This document shows positions 20,551-28,718 of a DNA stretch of 64,000 nucleotides, one piece after another. The first letter of the stretch is position 1; every line of letters begins with the position of its first letter. Source of the DNA: Betaproteobacteria bacterium. GTDB lineage: Bacteria; Pseudomonadota; Gammaproteobacteria; Burkholderiales; Burkholderiaceae_A. The notes under the pieces are model-generated. The model had not been told where the DNA came from, did not search any database, and worked only from the letters and a program-made list of their open reading frames with translations. Position numbers and translations under genes: made by a program. The stretch covers positions 45,171 through 109,170 of the forward strand of contig JAOINB010000001.1 in the NCBI GenBank assembly GCA_028139135.1, in the 5' to 3' direction.

Positions 20551-21327
20551 ATGAAAAAAACTTTTACGATATGTATTTTATTTCTGACAATTTTAACGAT
20601 TTCTCTGGGATTATTCATAAAGATTTTTTTGCCAGATATTCTAAAAAATCAATTAATATCCAATGGCAAATTACTCTTAAAAACGGACGTCTATATTTCA
20701 AGTGTAACCATTGGGCTAGACGGTATTTTCAACATCAAGGATATCAGAATAAAAAATCCATCTGATTTTTCTGAAAATGATTTCTTAAAACTTAAAAATT
20801 TGTCCTTCAAAATAAGGCCTAAATCAATATTCAAAGAAACCATCTATTTTGAAAATGTAAATTTTAAAAATGCCGATATTTTGATAGAACTAAATGATAA
20901 GATGCAAATCAATATCGCAGAACTCTCAAAGCAAATAAACACGCTCAAGGAGAAAGCCTCAGAAACAACGGAAAGCTCTAAATTCGAAAAAAAATTTATT
21001 ATAGAAAACTTCTCTATGATAAGTCCCACACTTTTATTAAGTTCTAAGAAACTCAGCATTAACAAAAATTATAAATTACCAGATGTCAAGATTGTCGATA
21101 TAGGTGTCAAAGAAAACGGGCTTCCTCCTGAAGAAATCGTTACAGGGTTTCTTGCGAGAATATCTGAAGAGTCGGAAAAATATACACTAGGCTTAACCAA
21201 AAGCCTTAAAGATTATTTTTCTAAGAAAAAACAGAAATTGATTGATGATATAAGCAAAGAGGAAGAAAAATTAAAAGGTATAGCTAATGATATTAAAAAT
21301 AAATTGAAGAGATTTGGCATTGAATAA
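20551..21327 (+). CDS. Membrane-anchored hypothetical protein, Lys/Ile/Asn-rich
   Basis: N-terminal TM. No family recognised. Same-strand operon context. Confidence 0.5.
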   Translation: MKKTFTICILFLTILTISLGLFIKIFLPDILKNQLISNGKLLLKTDVYISSVTIGLDGIFNIKDIRIKNPSDFSENDFLKLKNLSFKIRPKSIFKETIYFENVNFKNADILIELNDKMQINIAELSKQINTLKEKASETTESSKFEKKFIIENFSMISPTLLLSSKKLSINKNYKLPDVKIVDIGVKENGLPPEEIVTGFLARISEESEKYTLGLTKSLKDYFSKKKQKLIDDISKEEEKLKGIANDIKNKLKRFGIE

Positions 21328-21832
21328 ATGGTCGGTTTTTCTTAGCAATGTATTATTAGCACTGTGCGTTTGCACCTATGCTTCTGATGAGAAAATAATT
21401 GGCAATTTAAAAAGAGTGGTTGATGGAGATACTATTTATCTAAAAACAGAAGCTAATAACTCCATAAAAGTTAGGCTTGCCTTCATTGATGCTCCCGAGC
21501 TTAATCAGCCTTTTGGAACCGATGCTAAAGCATTCTTAAAAAAAATAGAAGGCCAGATAGTAACAATCGATTTAAAAAGTAAAGATCGTTATGGTAGACA
21601 TGTTGCGATTCTTTTCCATCAAAATGCTGATATAAACTTGTTAATGATAGAAAATGGCTATGCATGGGTGTATACCAAATATTTAAAATATGCTTCGATA
21701 CCGATGCGAAATAAATATCTTCATGCCGAATTTCTAGCGAAAAGAAATGCATTGGGTTTATGGAAGATGAACAACTATATTGCTCCATGGGAATGGCGAA
21801 AACACTCTAGAAAAAGGCGCAGAGCAAATTAG
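21314..21832 (+). CDS. Secreted thermonuclease (staphylococcal nuclease homologue)
   Basis: VVDGDTIYL...VRLAFIDAPE...DRYGRHVA...NGYAWVY is the SNase signature. Signal peptide and TTG start. Confidence 0.85.
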   Translation: MALNKWSVFLSNVLLALCVCTYASDEKIIGNLKRVVDGDTIYLKTEANNSIKVRLAFIDAPELNQPFGTDAKAFLKKIEGQIVTIDLKSKDRYGRHVAILFHQNADINLLMIENGYAWVYTKYLKYASIPMRNKYLHAEFLAKRNALGLWKMNNYIAPWEWRKHSRKRRRAN

Positions 21833-22271
21833 GAACAATTTTTTAATTTTTGAATTTTGGACTTGTCTTGACACATGGAAGAGAAGCTCAAAAAACACGT
21901 TATGGTGCCTATTAGGTTGCTCACTCGGGGATTTTGGCACCATTTACTATTTCCAAATAACCGACCATACTTACAACACGGTTCAGATAATGAGTTTAGC
22001 AATGGTCAATGGAGTATTGACATCCATCCTTCTCGAAACCCTAATTCTTGTTAAACAAATGACTATCAAGCTTGCTCTGATGACCGCACTAAAAATGTCC
22101 TTTTTATCAATGTTGGCAATGGAACTAGCAATGAATTCCGTTGATTTCCTCATTGTTGGAGAAGTTAAACTGACGATTCTTTCAATACCATTTATGCTCA
22201 TAGCCGGGTTTTTGACCCCACTACCCTATAACTATTACCGATTAAAGGCATACGGCCATGCCTGCCATTAG
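21780..22271 (+). CDS. DUF4396 membrane protein
   Basis: WCLLGCSLGDFG motif followed by about 4 TMs. The start is uncertain: ATG 21780 overlaps the nuclease gene by 53 nt. Confidence 0.6.
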   Translation: MLHGNGENTLEKGAEQIRNNFLIFEFWTCLDTWKRSSKNTLWCLLGCSLGDFGTIYYFQITDHTYNTVQIMSLAMVNGVLTSILLETLILVKQMTIKLALMTALKMSFLSMLAMELAMNSVDFLIVGEVKLTILSIPFMLIAGFLTPLPYNYYRLKAYGHACH

Positions 22272-22276
22272 ACCCA

Positions 22277-23947
22277 TTATAGTAAATCAATGCCAAATTC
22301 GATTTGGGGGGAAATTAGAGTAATGTTTTCAGGGCTTTCGGAAAAGTTAAGCAGAGTTTTAGCACGTTCTGTAGAAAAACTCTCAAACTGATCCGTGTAG
22401 TACCTTAACTCAAAATCTTCAGGTGTTCTGTTTAGAACATTTTCATATAAGGTTTTTACATAATCCTCATCAGACTGGTTTGGTCCATATGTTTTGCTAA
22501 ATTCAGGGGATAGAAGAAAGTTTCTTGCGATATCGAGTAACTGAAATTCATTATTCTCGATGTCGTTAACATGGTATCCAACTTCAAAGCCATCAGGCGC
22601 ACGATTGAATGCCGCGTTATATAAACGAAATACTGAACCAGACGATTCGCCCTGATTGATATCCAGGCCAATGATTCGAGTGGGTGACTCCAAATTTCCA
22701 ACGTAAATGCGCTCAACATTGAATAAACTATCTGTCCCTTCATACCCAAAACTTGTTAGCTGAAAATTCTGTTTTCCCAAATAATTTACTTCGAAATCAG
22801 ATAGCGATCTTAGCGCTATATCTAACCCTTCTCCCCCATAAATAAAATCATTGCCCTCACCGCCCTCAAAAATATCGTTTGCTCCGTGCCCGTAGAGATT
22901 ATCATTACCTTTTCCTCCCACTAGGAAATTTGATGAAAAATTGCCCTCTATCAAATCATTTCCGGATCCTCCCGATGCATTTTCAATCGTAACAAAATCA
23001 GCAATATAAATATTCTTGATTTCCGTCAAATGAGTTCCGTTATCGGAGTAACCCTTTACTCTTTTCCCAATAAAACTACCGCTTGCCGAACCTAACGATA
23101 ATTCTATTGGCTGTGTACCACTGTATACTATTTCATCTGTGCCACCACTATCCCATATGGTTTCAAAATAAGTTGTAGAATCATCAAAAAAATATGATGT
23201 ATTCTCAAAATTAAAGGTATTGTTAGTTCCATATAAATGTTGTATCGCCTTAATATCCTCAATCATTGGTGTAGTAGGATATGCAGTTAATCCAACAACA
23301 TCAGAACTCAATGAAACCGTATAACTCATTATCGTATTACTGATAACATTTTCGTCATCAGCGAGAGTGTCAAAATTCCTTGCTGATGTTTCAAAAGGAT
23401 GCTTCAACCCCAAAGCATGGCCGATCTCATGAACTAAGATGGAATATGAAAATGATGCTTCCTCAAAAGAGGATTCGGAGAAACTTCCTGTGAAGATTCC
23501 CCCAAAAATATCTTTCGTTTTTGCATTTAACCAAATGTCCCCGCCAGTTTCAAGATTAGAAGGAAAAAAAGCAAAGGCGGAGGAGTTCCCAACTAATGTA
23601 TTTACGTTATCGCTCAAACCAAATCGTATGGTTCCGAACGAGTTATCGGTTTCTTTTATCTCACTGAAGTTAATATTCGTAACGTTTGACCACTTTAACA
23701 AAGCTGTTGAAATTGCCTCTGCCTGAATAGGATTAAAATTTAAACTGCCCTTAATTAGTTCATTAAGGTTATCAGTTAAATAATCATCCGAGAATAAGGA
23801 CTCTGTTTTGTTTATGATGCTATACGTAATGTCACCGGTGCTCCATTGGTGACCATAAAGCAAGGCATTATACTTATTGGAACTTAGGGAGGAAGCTTCT
23901 GTATGTTGAGAACTTATAGACAGGGAAATAGCTGAAATTTCGTTCAT
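22277..23947 (-). CDS. Serralysin-like (M10) zinc metalloprotease with RTX Ca-binding repeats and two DUF4214 repeats
   Basis: HEIGHALGLKHP zinc motif and Met-turn TIMSY. GGxGxD nonapeptides (GGSGNDLIEG, GGKGNDNLYG, GGEGNDFIYG). Two LY..(A/V)(F/L)NR.P(D/E) DUF4214-like units. No signal peptide, and the C-terminal ...GIDLL is compatible with type I secretion. Confidence 0.8.
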   Translation of the reverse strand: MNEISAISLSISSQHTEASSLSSNKYNALLYGHQWSTGDITYSIINKTESLFSDDYLTDNLNELIKGSLNFNPIQAEAISTALLKWSNVTNINFSEIKETDNSFGTIRFGLSDNVNTLVGNSSAFAFFPSNLETGGDIWLNAKTKDIFGGIFTGSFSESSFEEASFSYSILVHEIGHALGLKHPFETSARNFDTLADDENVISNTIMSYTVSLSSDVVGLTAYPTTPMIEDIKAIQHLYGTNNTFNFENTSYFFDDSTTYFETIWDSGGTDEIVYSGTQPIELSLGSASGSFIGKRVKGYSDNGTHLTEIKNIYIADFVTIENASGGSGNDLIEGNFSSNFLVGGKGNDNLYGHGANDIFEGGEGNDFIYGGEGLDIALRSLSDFEVNYLGKQNFQLTSFGYEGTDSLFNVERIYVGNLESPTRIIGLDINQGESSGSVFRLYNAAFNRAPDGFEVGYHVNDIENNEFQLLDIARNFLLSPEFSKTYGPNQSDEDYVKTLYENVLNRTPEDFELRYYTDQFESFSTERAKTLLNFSESPENITLISPQIEFGIDLL

Positions 23948-23959
23948 AAATAACCTGTC

Positions 23960-24358
23960 TTAGAAAACAAAAAAATAAAAGCCATAAGCAATCAGTAGCC
24001 ATAGAGAGACTACTAACAAAGCTCCTATAAATATTGTGGGTTGTTTTTTGTTTCGCTCTACAAATTGCAAAGCAAGAGCTCTACACCTATCAATTACTCG
24101 AACTGGTAATAGCCTTACTGCAAAAAAAATTGCAATCGCCACAATTACAAGGTCATCTAATAATCCAATTACTGGGATAAAATCTGGAATCAAATCTATA
24201 GGACTAAGAGCATAGGCGACAACAAGCCACAGCAATGCTGTTACGATAGCAGGGGTCTCAGGATGTCGCAGAGCAAACCAAAGCGCTAAAGAATCTACCT
24301 TGATTCTATCCACGAATCGCGAGCTTAAAGCTTTAAATTTTTCTATTACATCTTGCAT
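23960..24358 (-). CDS. DUF1232 (YkvA-like) membrane protein
   Basis: SPIDLIPDFIPVIGLLDDL motif. Confidence 0.7.
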   Translation of the reverse strand: MQDVIEKFKALSSRFVDRIKVDSLALWFALRHPETPAIVTALLWLVVAYALSPIDLIPDFIPVIGLLDDLVIVAIAIFFAVRLLPVRVIDRCRALALQFVERNKKQPTIFIGALLVVSLWLLIAYGFYFFVF

Positions 24359-24574
24359 TTAAATGAATTTGATTGTGTCCTGCATTAATATGGAGACGGT
24401 AAACTCAGTTCTCAAAATGTTGACACTCCCAACGAAACTATTACACTACTCTTAGTCGATACTTATGGGCATTTATGAGTAAAAGGTCGTAAACGCCAAC
24501 AATCCGACGAAAAATAAAATTTGCTTTAATGAGAAACGCAAACCAACAAAAATTTCAAATTATTCTTAGTGCAA

Positions 24575-25867
24575 CTAAGCTTTATCTAAAGCCTGGCTTA
24601 AGTCATCTATTAAATCGTCTATATGTTCTATGCCGACAGAAAGACGTACCATATCCTCCGTAACACCTGCCAACTCTAGCTCCTCCGGGGATAGCTGCCT
24701 ATGAGTAGTGCTCGCAGGATGACAAGCAAGCGATTTGCAATCGCCAATGTTAACTAGTCTAGTGAACAGATTCAGCGAATCTTGAAAAGAGGTTCCGGCC
24801 GACCTTCCGTTCTTTAATCCAAAATTAAGTATTCCACTTGCCTTTCCCGACATGTATTTATCCAAAAGCTCATAGTCCGGATGATCCTTTAACCCAGCAT
24901 AGTTAACCCAGGCTACTTTGGGATGATTTTTCAAATACTCTGCTATTGCAACTGAATTAGAACATATCCGCTCCATTCTCAGGGACAGTGTTTCTATACC
25001 CTGAAGAATTTGAAATGCATTAAATGGACTAATTGCCGAGCCAGTGTTTCTTAACGGAACCACTCTTGCCCTACCTATGTACGCCGCCGGCCCCAATGCT
25101 TCGGTATATACAACTCCATGGTAGCTTACATCAGGTTCATTCAATCGTTTAAACCGGTCTTTATGTTCTGCCCAGGGAAACTTGCCTGAGTCCACTATAA
25201 CGCCTCCGAGAGTTGTTCCGTGTCCACCCATATATTTTGTGAGACTATGCACAACAATATCTGCCCCGTGCTCAAAAGGTCTACAAAGAAATGGAGTTGC
25301 TACTGTGTTATCTACGATCAAAGGTACCCCATGGTCATGGGCAATTTTAGCAAGCTGACCAATGTCAGTTACGTTACCTAAAGGATTACCAATACTCTCA
25401 CAATATATGGCCTTTGTCCGATCATCAATTAAATCGGCAAACTTTTCTGGCTCTCTATAATCGGCAAACTTTACGTTAAGCCCAAATTGGGGGAAGGTAT
25501 GAGCAAAAAGGTTGTATGTCCCTCCATATAATGTAGAAACGGATACTATGTTGTCTCCAGCCTCAGCTATCGTCTGTATGGCATAAGTAACGGCACTTTG
25601 CCCTGAAGCAAGAGCTAGACCAGCAATTCCTGCTTCAAGATTGGCCACCCTTTTCTCTAAAACATCCTGTGTAGGGTTCATGATTCGGGTATATATGTTA
25701 CCTGCTACTTTTAGATCGAATAAGTCCGCACCATGCTGGGTATTGTCAAATGCAAAAGCAACAGTTTGATGAATCGGAACGGCGACGGCCTTTGTAGTAG
25801 GATCGACGTCATACCCAGCATGAATAGCCTGAGTCTCGAACTTCCATGAATCGGATTGTTTTGCCAT
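24575..25867 (-). CDS. metY: O-acetylhomoserine sulfhydrylase (aminocarboxypropyltransferase)
   Basis: PLP-lysine motif HSLTKYMGGHG, full-length Cys/Met-metabolism PLP enzyme. Strong SD AAGGGGGTG. Confidence 0.9.
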   Translation of the reverse strand: MAKQSDSWKFETQAIHAGYDVDPTTKAVAVPIHQTVAFAFDNTQHGADLFDLKVAGNIYTRIMNPTQDVLEKRVANLEAGIAGLALASGQSAVTYAIQTIAEAGDNIVSVSTLYGGTYNLFAHTFPQFGLNVKFADYREPEKFADLIDDRTKAIYCESIGNPLGNVTDIGQLAKIAHDHGVPLIVDNTVATPFLCRPFEHGADIVVHSLTKYMGGHGTTLGGVIVDSGKFPWAEHKDRFKRLNEPDVSYHGVVYTEALGPAAYIGRARVVPLRNTGSAISPFNAFQILQGIETLSLRMERICSNSVAIAEYLKNHPKVAWVNYAGLKDHPDYELLDKYMSGKASGILNFGLKNGRSAGTSFQDSLNLFTRLVNIGDCKSLACHPASTTHRQLSPEELELAGVTEDMVRLSVGIEHIDDLIDDLSQALDKA

Positions 25868-25940
25868 TTGATACCACCCCCTTATCCAAAAAAAACTTAT
25901 TAATTAAATTTATTATGCCAAAAATAAAATCTAGAAAATA

Positions 25941-26348
25941 TCACTTTACCGTGATCTCCACGGATGCGCTCATCTTTTCTCCAAAGCTTCGATGTGTGCC
26001 GTCAGCAAATTGTAAAGTCAACAAATAACTACCTGGCTCCAATTCTATCGTTCCCCTTCTTTCGCCATTGACAAAATGAATATGGTTAAAGTCGCTTGGG
26101 ATGACCACACCTTCCATTATACTATCGCTGTTAACAAGCAAATGATGGTGGCCAAACCTTTCCCCGAGGGATCCCGGAAGCGCTAACTCAAACCCTTCAA
26201 CACCAAACTCAATATTGATTGGCGATGACAAAACGTCCCCATCCTTAACATTTTTAAAGTACACCCTTGGTTGCCTTTCTTGAGAACAGCCATAAAAATC
26301 AAAAAAAACAATGAAAGAAGCAAAAAATTTTAGAGCAGGTGTTTGCAA
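25941..26348 (-). CDS. DUF4399 lipoprotein
   Basis: Lipobox-like FYGC, and GHHHLLV is characteristic of DUF4399. TTG start. Confidence 0.7.
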   Translation of the reverse strand: MQTPALKFFASFIVFFDFYGCSQERQPRVYFKNVKDGDVLSSPINIEFGVEGFELALPGSLGERFGHHHLLVNSDSIMEGVVIPSDFNHIHFVNGERRGTIELEPGSYLLTLQFADGTHRSFGEKMSASVEITVK

Positions 26349-26444
26349 ACCAAAGATCTCGGCGAAATAAGAAATAAAATGCTACCATTAGCCTGATGAG
26401 TCTTCAAGCCCCACACACCACCTAACATACGTCAATTTCTGTTA

Positions 26445-27230
26445 ATGATGAATCACGAACGAAAATATAAAAAAAATTTTTTTAAACAAAAACAAACAAT
26501 CGGGATTTGGGCCACCTTAGGAGCTCCATGTTTGGCAGAGATTATTGCAAACGTTGGCTTCGATTGGATTTTGTTTGACTGTGAGCATGGAACAAACGGC
26601 CCCTTGAATTTGGCTGATCAATTAAACGCGGTAAAATCCAGAAACCCGGAAATAGCTTGTTTAGTAAGAGTTGGATCAAATGATATCGTTGAAATTAAAC
26701 GCGTTTTAGATATTGGTGTAGACGGTATCATGATTCCGATGATTGGCAATTGCGCTGATGCCCAGGCTGCAGTAAAGTACTGCAACTATCCACCTGATGG
26801 CATGAGAGGAGTCTCCAGTATATGCCGTGCGAGTGATTATGGGCTTCGGGAAGAATATTTAAAACAAGCATCCAACGAGATAAGTATTTTAGTTCAGGTT
26901 GAAAACCTTGATGGTTTAAAAAATCTAGAGGAAATCATTGATACTGAGGGAATTGACGGCGTTTTTATCGGGCCATCAGATCTTGCCGCCAGTATGGGTA
27001 AATTAGGTGATTCTTCGGACCAAACAGTGGAAGATGAAATCAGAAAAGCGCTACAGCTAATTATTAAGAAGAATAAACCAGCCGGGATAATTGCACTGTC
27101 AAATGATGGTGGCGTGCAAAGGCTTAGCCAGGGTTTTGACTTTGTGGCGGTCGCGCATGATGCCCATTTTATTTCTAGAGAGCTACATTCATTGAAATCC
27201 CAATTTTCCAATTATTTGCAGCAAATATAA
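26445..27230 (+). CDS. HpcH/HpaI-family aldolase
   Basis: GIWATLGAP...FDWILFDCEHG...VRV...IMIPM pattern of HpaI/HpcH aldolases. Confidence 0.85.
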   Translation: MMNHERKYKKNFFKQKQTIGIWATLGAPCLAEIIANVGFDWILFDCEHGTNGPLNLADQLNAVKSRNPEIACLVRVGSNDIVEIKRVLDIGVDGIMIPMIGNCADAQAAVKYCNYPPDGMRGVSSICRASDYGLREEYLKQASNEISILVQVENLDGLKNLEEIIDTEGIDGVFIGPSDLAASMGKLGDSSDQTVEDEIRKALQLIIKKNKPAGIIALSNDGGVQRLSQGFDFVAVAHDAHFISRELHSLKSQFSNYLQQI

Positions 27231-27253
27231 TCCAAACTATACTTCATAATTAA

Positions 27254-27910
27254 TTAGCTTTTCTTTGGTTGCCCAACTACTCTGGTATACGCATTAACAG
27301 ACTTCCAACCCTCTGGAAACAACTCCTTAGCTTCATCGTCGCTTACCGATGCAGCAATAATGACATCCTGCCCCGCACGCCAATTTACTGGTGTTGCCAC
27401 TTTGTGGCCGCTGGTTAGTTGTATTGAATCTATAACACGCAAGAGCTCCTCAACATCTCGACCAGTCGTCATAGGGTAAGACATCATCATTTTTATTTTT
27501 AGGTCAGGACTGATAATATATACTGTCCTGACGGTGGCATTATCAGCTGCAGATCTAGGTCCTTCAACAACTGTGTCAGCTGGTAACATGTTATACAGTT
27601 TTGAAACATACAGGTTTTTATCCGCAATGATTGGGAATTCAATGCTACTACCATATGTTTCTTCCATTTCACTGAGCCAATCAAAATGGCTTTCTAACGA
27701 GTCAACGCTTAACCCGATCAGTTTACAGTCACGCTTTTTAAATTCGTCTTCAGAAGCTGACAAAGCGCTAATCTCAGTCGCACATACGGGTGTAAAATCC
27801 TTAGGGTGCGAAAAAAACAGTGTCCACGAGCCGGAGCACCATTCATGAAACTCAATATCACCTTTGGTCGATTGGGCCGAAAAATTGGGGGCTAGATCAT
27901 TTATCTTCAC
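27254..27910 (-). CDS. 1-Cys peroxiredoxin (Prx6-like)
   Basis: PKDFTPVCATE peroxidatic Cys motif, about 218 aa. Confidence 0.9.
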   Translation of the reverse strand: MKINDLAPNFSAQSTKGDIEFHEWCSGSWTLFFSHPKDFTPVCATEISALSASEDEFKKRDCKLIGLSVDSLESHFDWLSEMEETYGSSIEFPIIADKNLYVSKLYNMLPADTVVEGPRSAADNATVRTVYIISPDLKIKMMMSYPMTTGRDVEELLRVIDSIQLTSGHKVATPVNWRAGQDVIIAASVSDDEAKELFPEGWKSVNAYTRVVGQPKKS

Positions 27911-27928
27911 ACTCGCTCCTTTAATAAT

Positions 27929-28309
27929 TTATGTTTTGTTTTTTTCAAATAGATTCACACATCTCTGCATAAAAGGCCTAACCCTGAGAAAACCAATATA
28001 CATAATTTCCGCCATATTCACTATGAGTGGATATTTTCCTAATCTACCCAGCCACTTCCACCCGGGAAGCTCCTTCCAAAGATCAAAAAAAGCCCTAGCT
28101 CCGCTTAGAATAAACCCTTCTTTGTTTCTTATATGAAACCTCTTTAAAAGCTCATTTTTCGTTAAACCAGAAACAGAGGGATCACAGTTAGCAACGTCTA
28201 CCCAACTAATTACTCCTTCCTTGTCTAATTTCTTATACAACGAAATCTCCTTCCTACATAACGGGCACGCCCCGTCAAAATACACTTCCGTTTTGCTCTC
28301 ATCACTCAT
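27929..28309 (-). CDS. DCC-family thiol-disulfide oxidoreductase (DUF393)
   Basis: YFDGACPLCRKEI motif. I start at the internal Met (MSDESK...) so the gene abuts rather than overlaps the upstream ORF. Confidence 0.8.
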   Translation of the reverse strand: MSDESKTEVYFDGACPLCRKEISLYKKLDKEGVISWVDVANCDPSVSGLTKNELLKRFHIRNKEGFILSGARAFFDLWKELPGWKWLGRLGKYPLIVNMAEIMYIGFLRVRPFMQRCVNLFEKNKT

Positions 28310-28310
28310 A

Positions 28311-28718
28311 TCAATAAACAGCCTTTCTCTTGTAACCACAAACAAGCTCAAAAACATTCCTTGCCGGAGTAGCCTTTGGTATACCCACAAATGCCCTAGG
28401 ATCAAATCCACGCCAATCATAAACAAGTTCACCCTCAAGATTTATTTTTGAGAACCCACGATGATTGATCAACCTAAAAGTGCCTTTCTTACAATCATAT
28501 TCGGTTAATAACTCCATGGACATCACCCCATCACTGGTTGCTTTTGAAAAGTTTTGTAGCTCCACCACTCCCCTTCTATGGCGATTACGAGGGATAATTT
28601 GGTTTTTAATTAAAAGAGTATTCTTCTGCACGCTAATCCAGTTCTCTTTTTTAAAACCCACTGGAATTTCTGTTCCTATATTCAAAATAGAAAAAAAAGC
28701 CACTAAAGTACTAATCAT
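28311..28718 (-). CDS. Adhesin-E-like small secreted protein (paralogue 3 of 4)
   Basis: N-terminal hydrophobic segment, W-I-S-V...TEYDC...ELVCG pattern. 8-nt overlap with the upstream heme/HAMP gene. Confidence 0.55.
   Translation of the reverse strand: MISTLVAFFSILNIGTEIPVGFKKENWISVQKNTLLIKNQIIPRNRHRRGVVELQNFSKATSDGVMSMELLTEYDCKKGTFRLINHRGFSKINLEGELVYDWRGFDPRAFVGIPKATPARNVFELVCGYKRKAVY

Noticed and set aside
24508-24541. Rho-independent terminator after metY
   Set aside because: The stem is only 5 bp (2 G:C pairs) with a 13-nt loop. This is too weak to report as a feature.
25868-25940. SAM-II/SAM-V-type riboswitch upstream of metY
   Set aside because: The leader is only about 73 nt, dominated by A/T and a strong SD (AAGGGGGTG). 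I could not find the conserved AAAGCU-type core or a pseudoknot pairing.
28310-28438. Long N-terminal extension of the DCC oxidoreductase ORF overlapping the adhesin-E-like gene
   Set aside because: The conserved DCC domain begins right after the internal Met (MSDESKTEVYFDGACPLC). Using that Met removes a 128-nt overlap.
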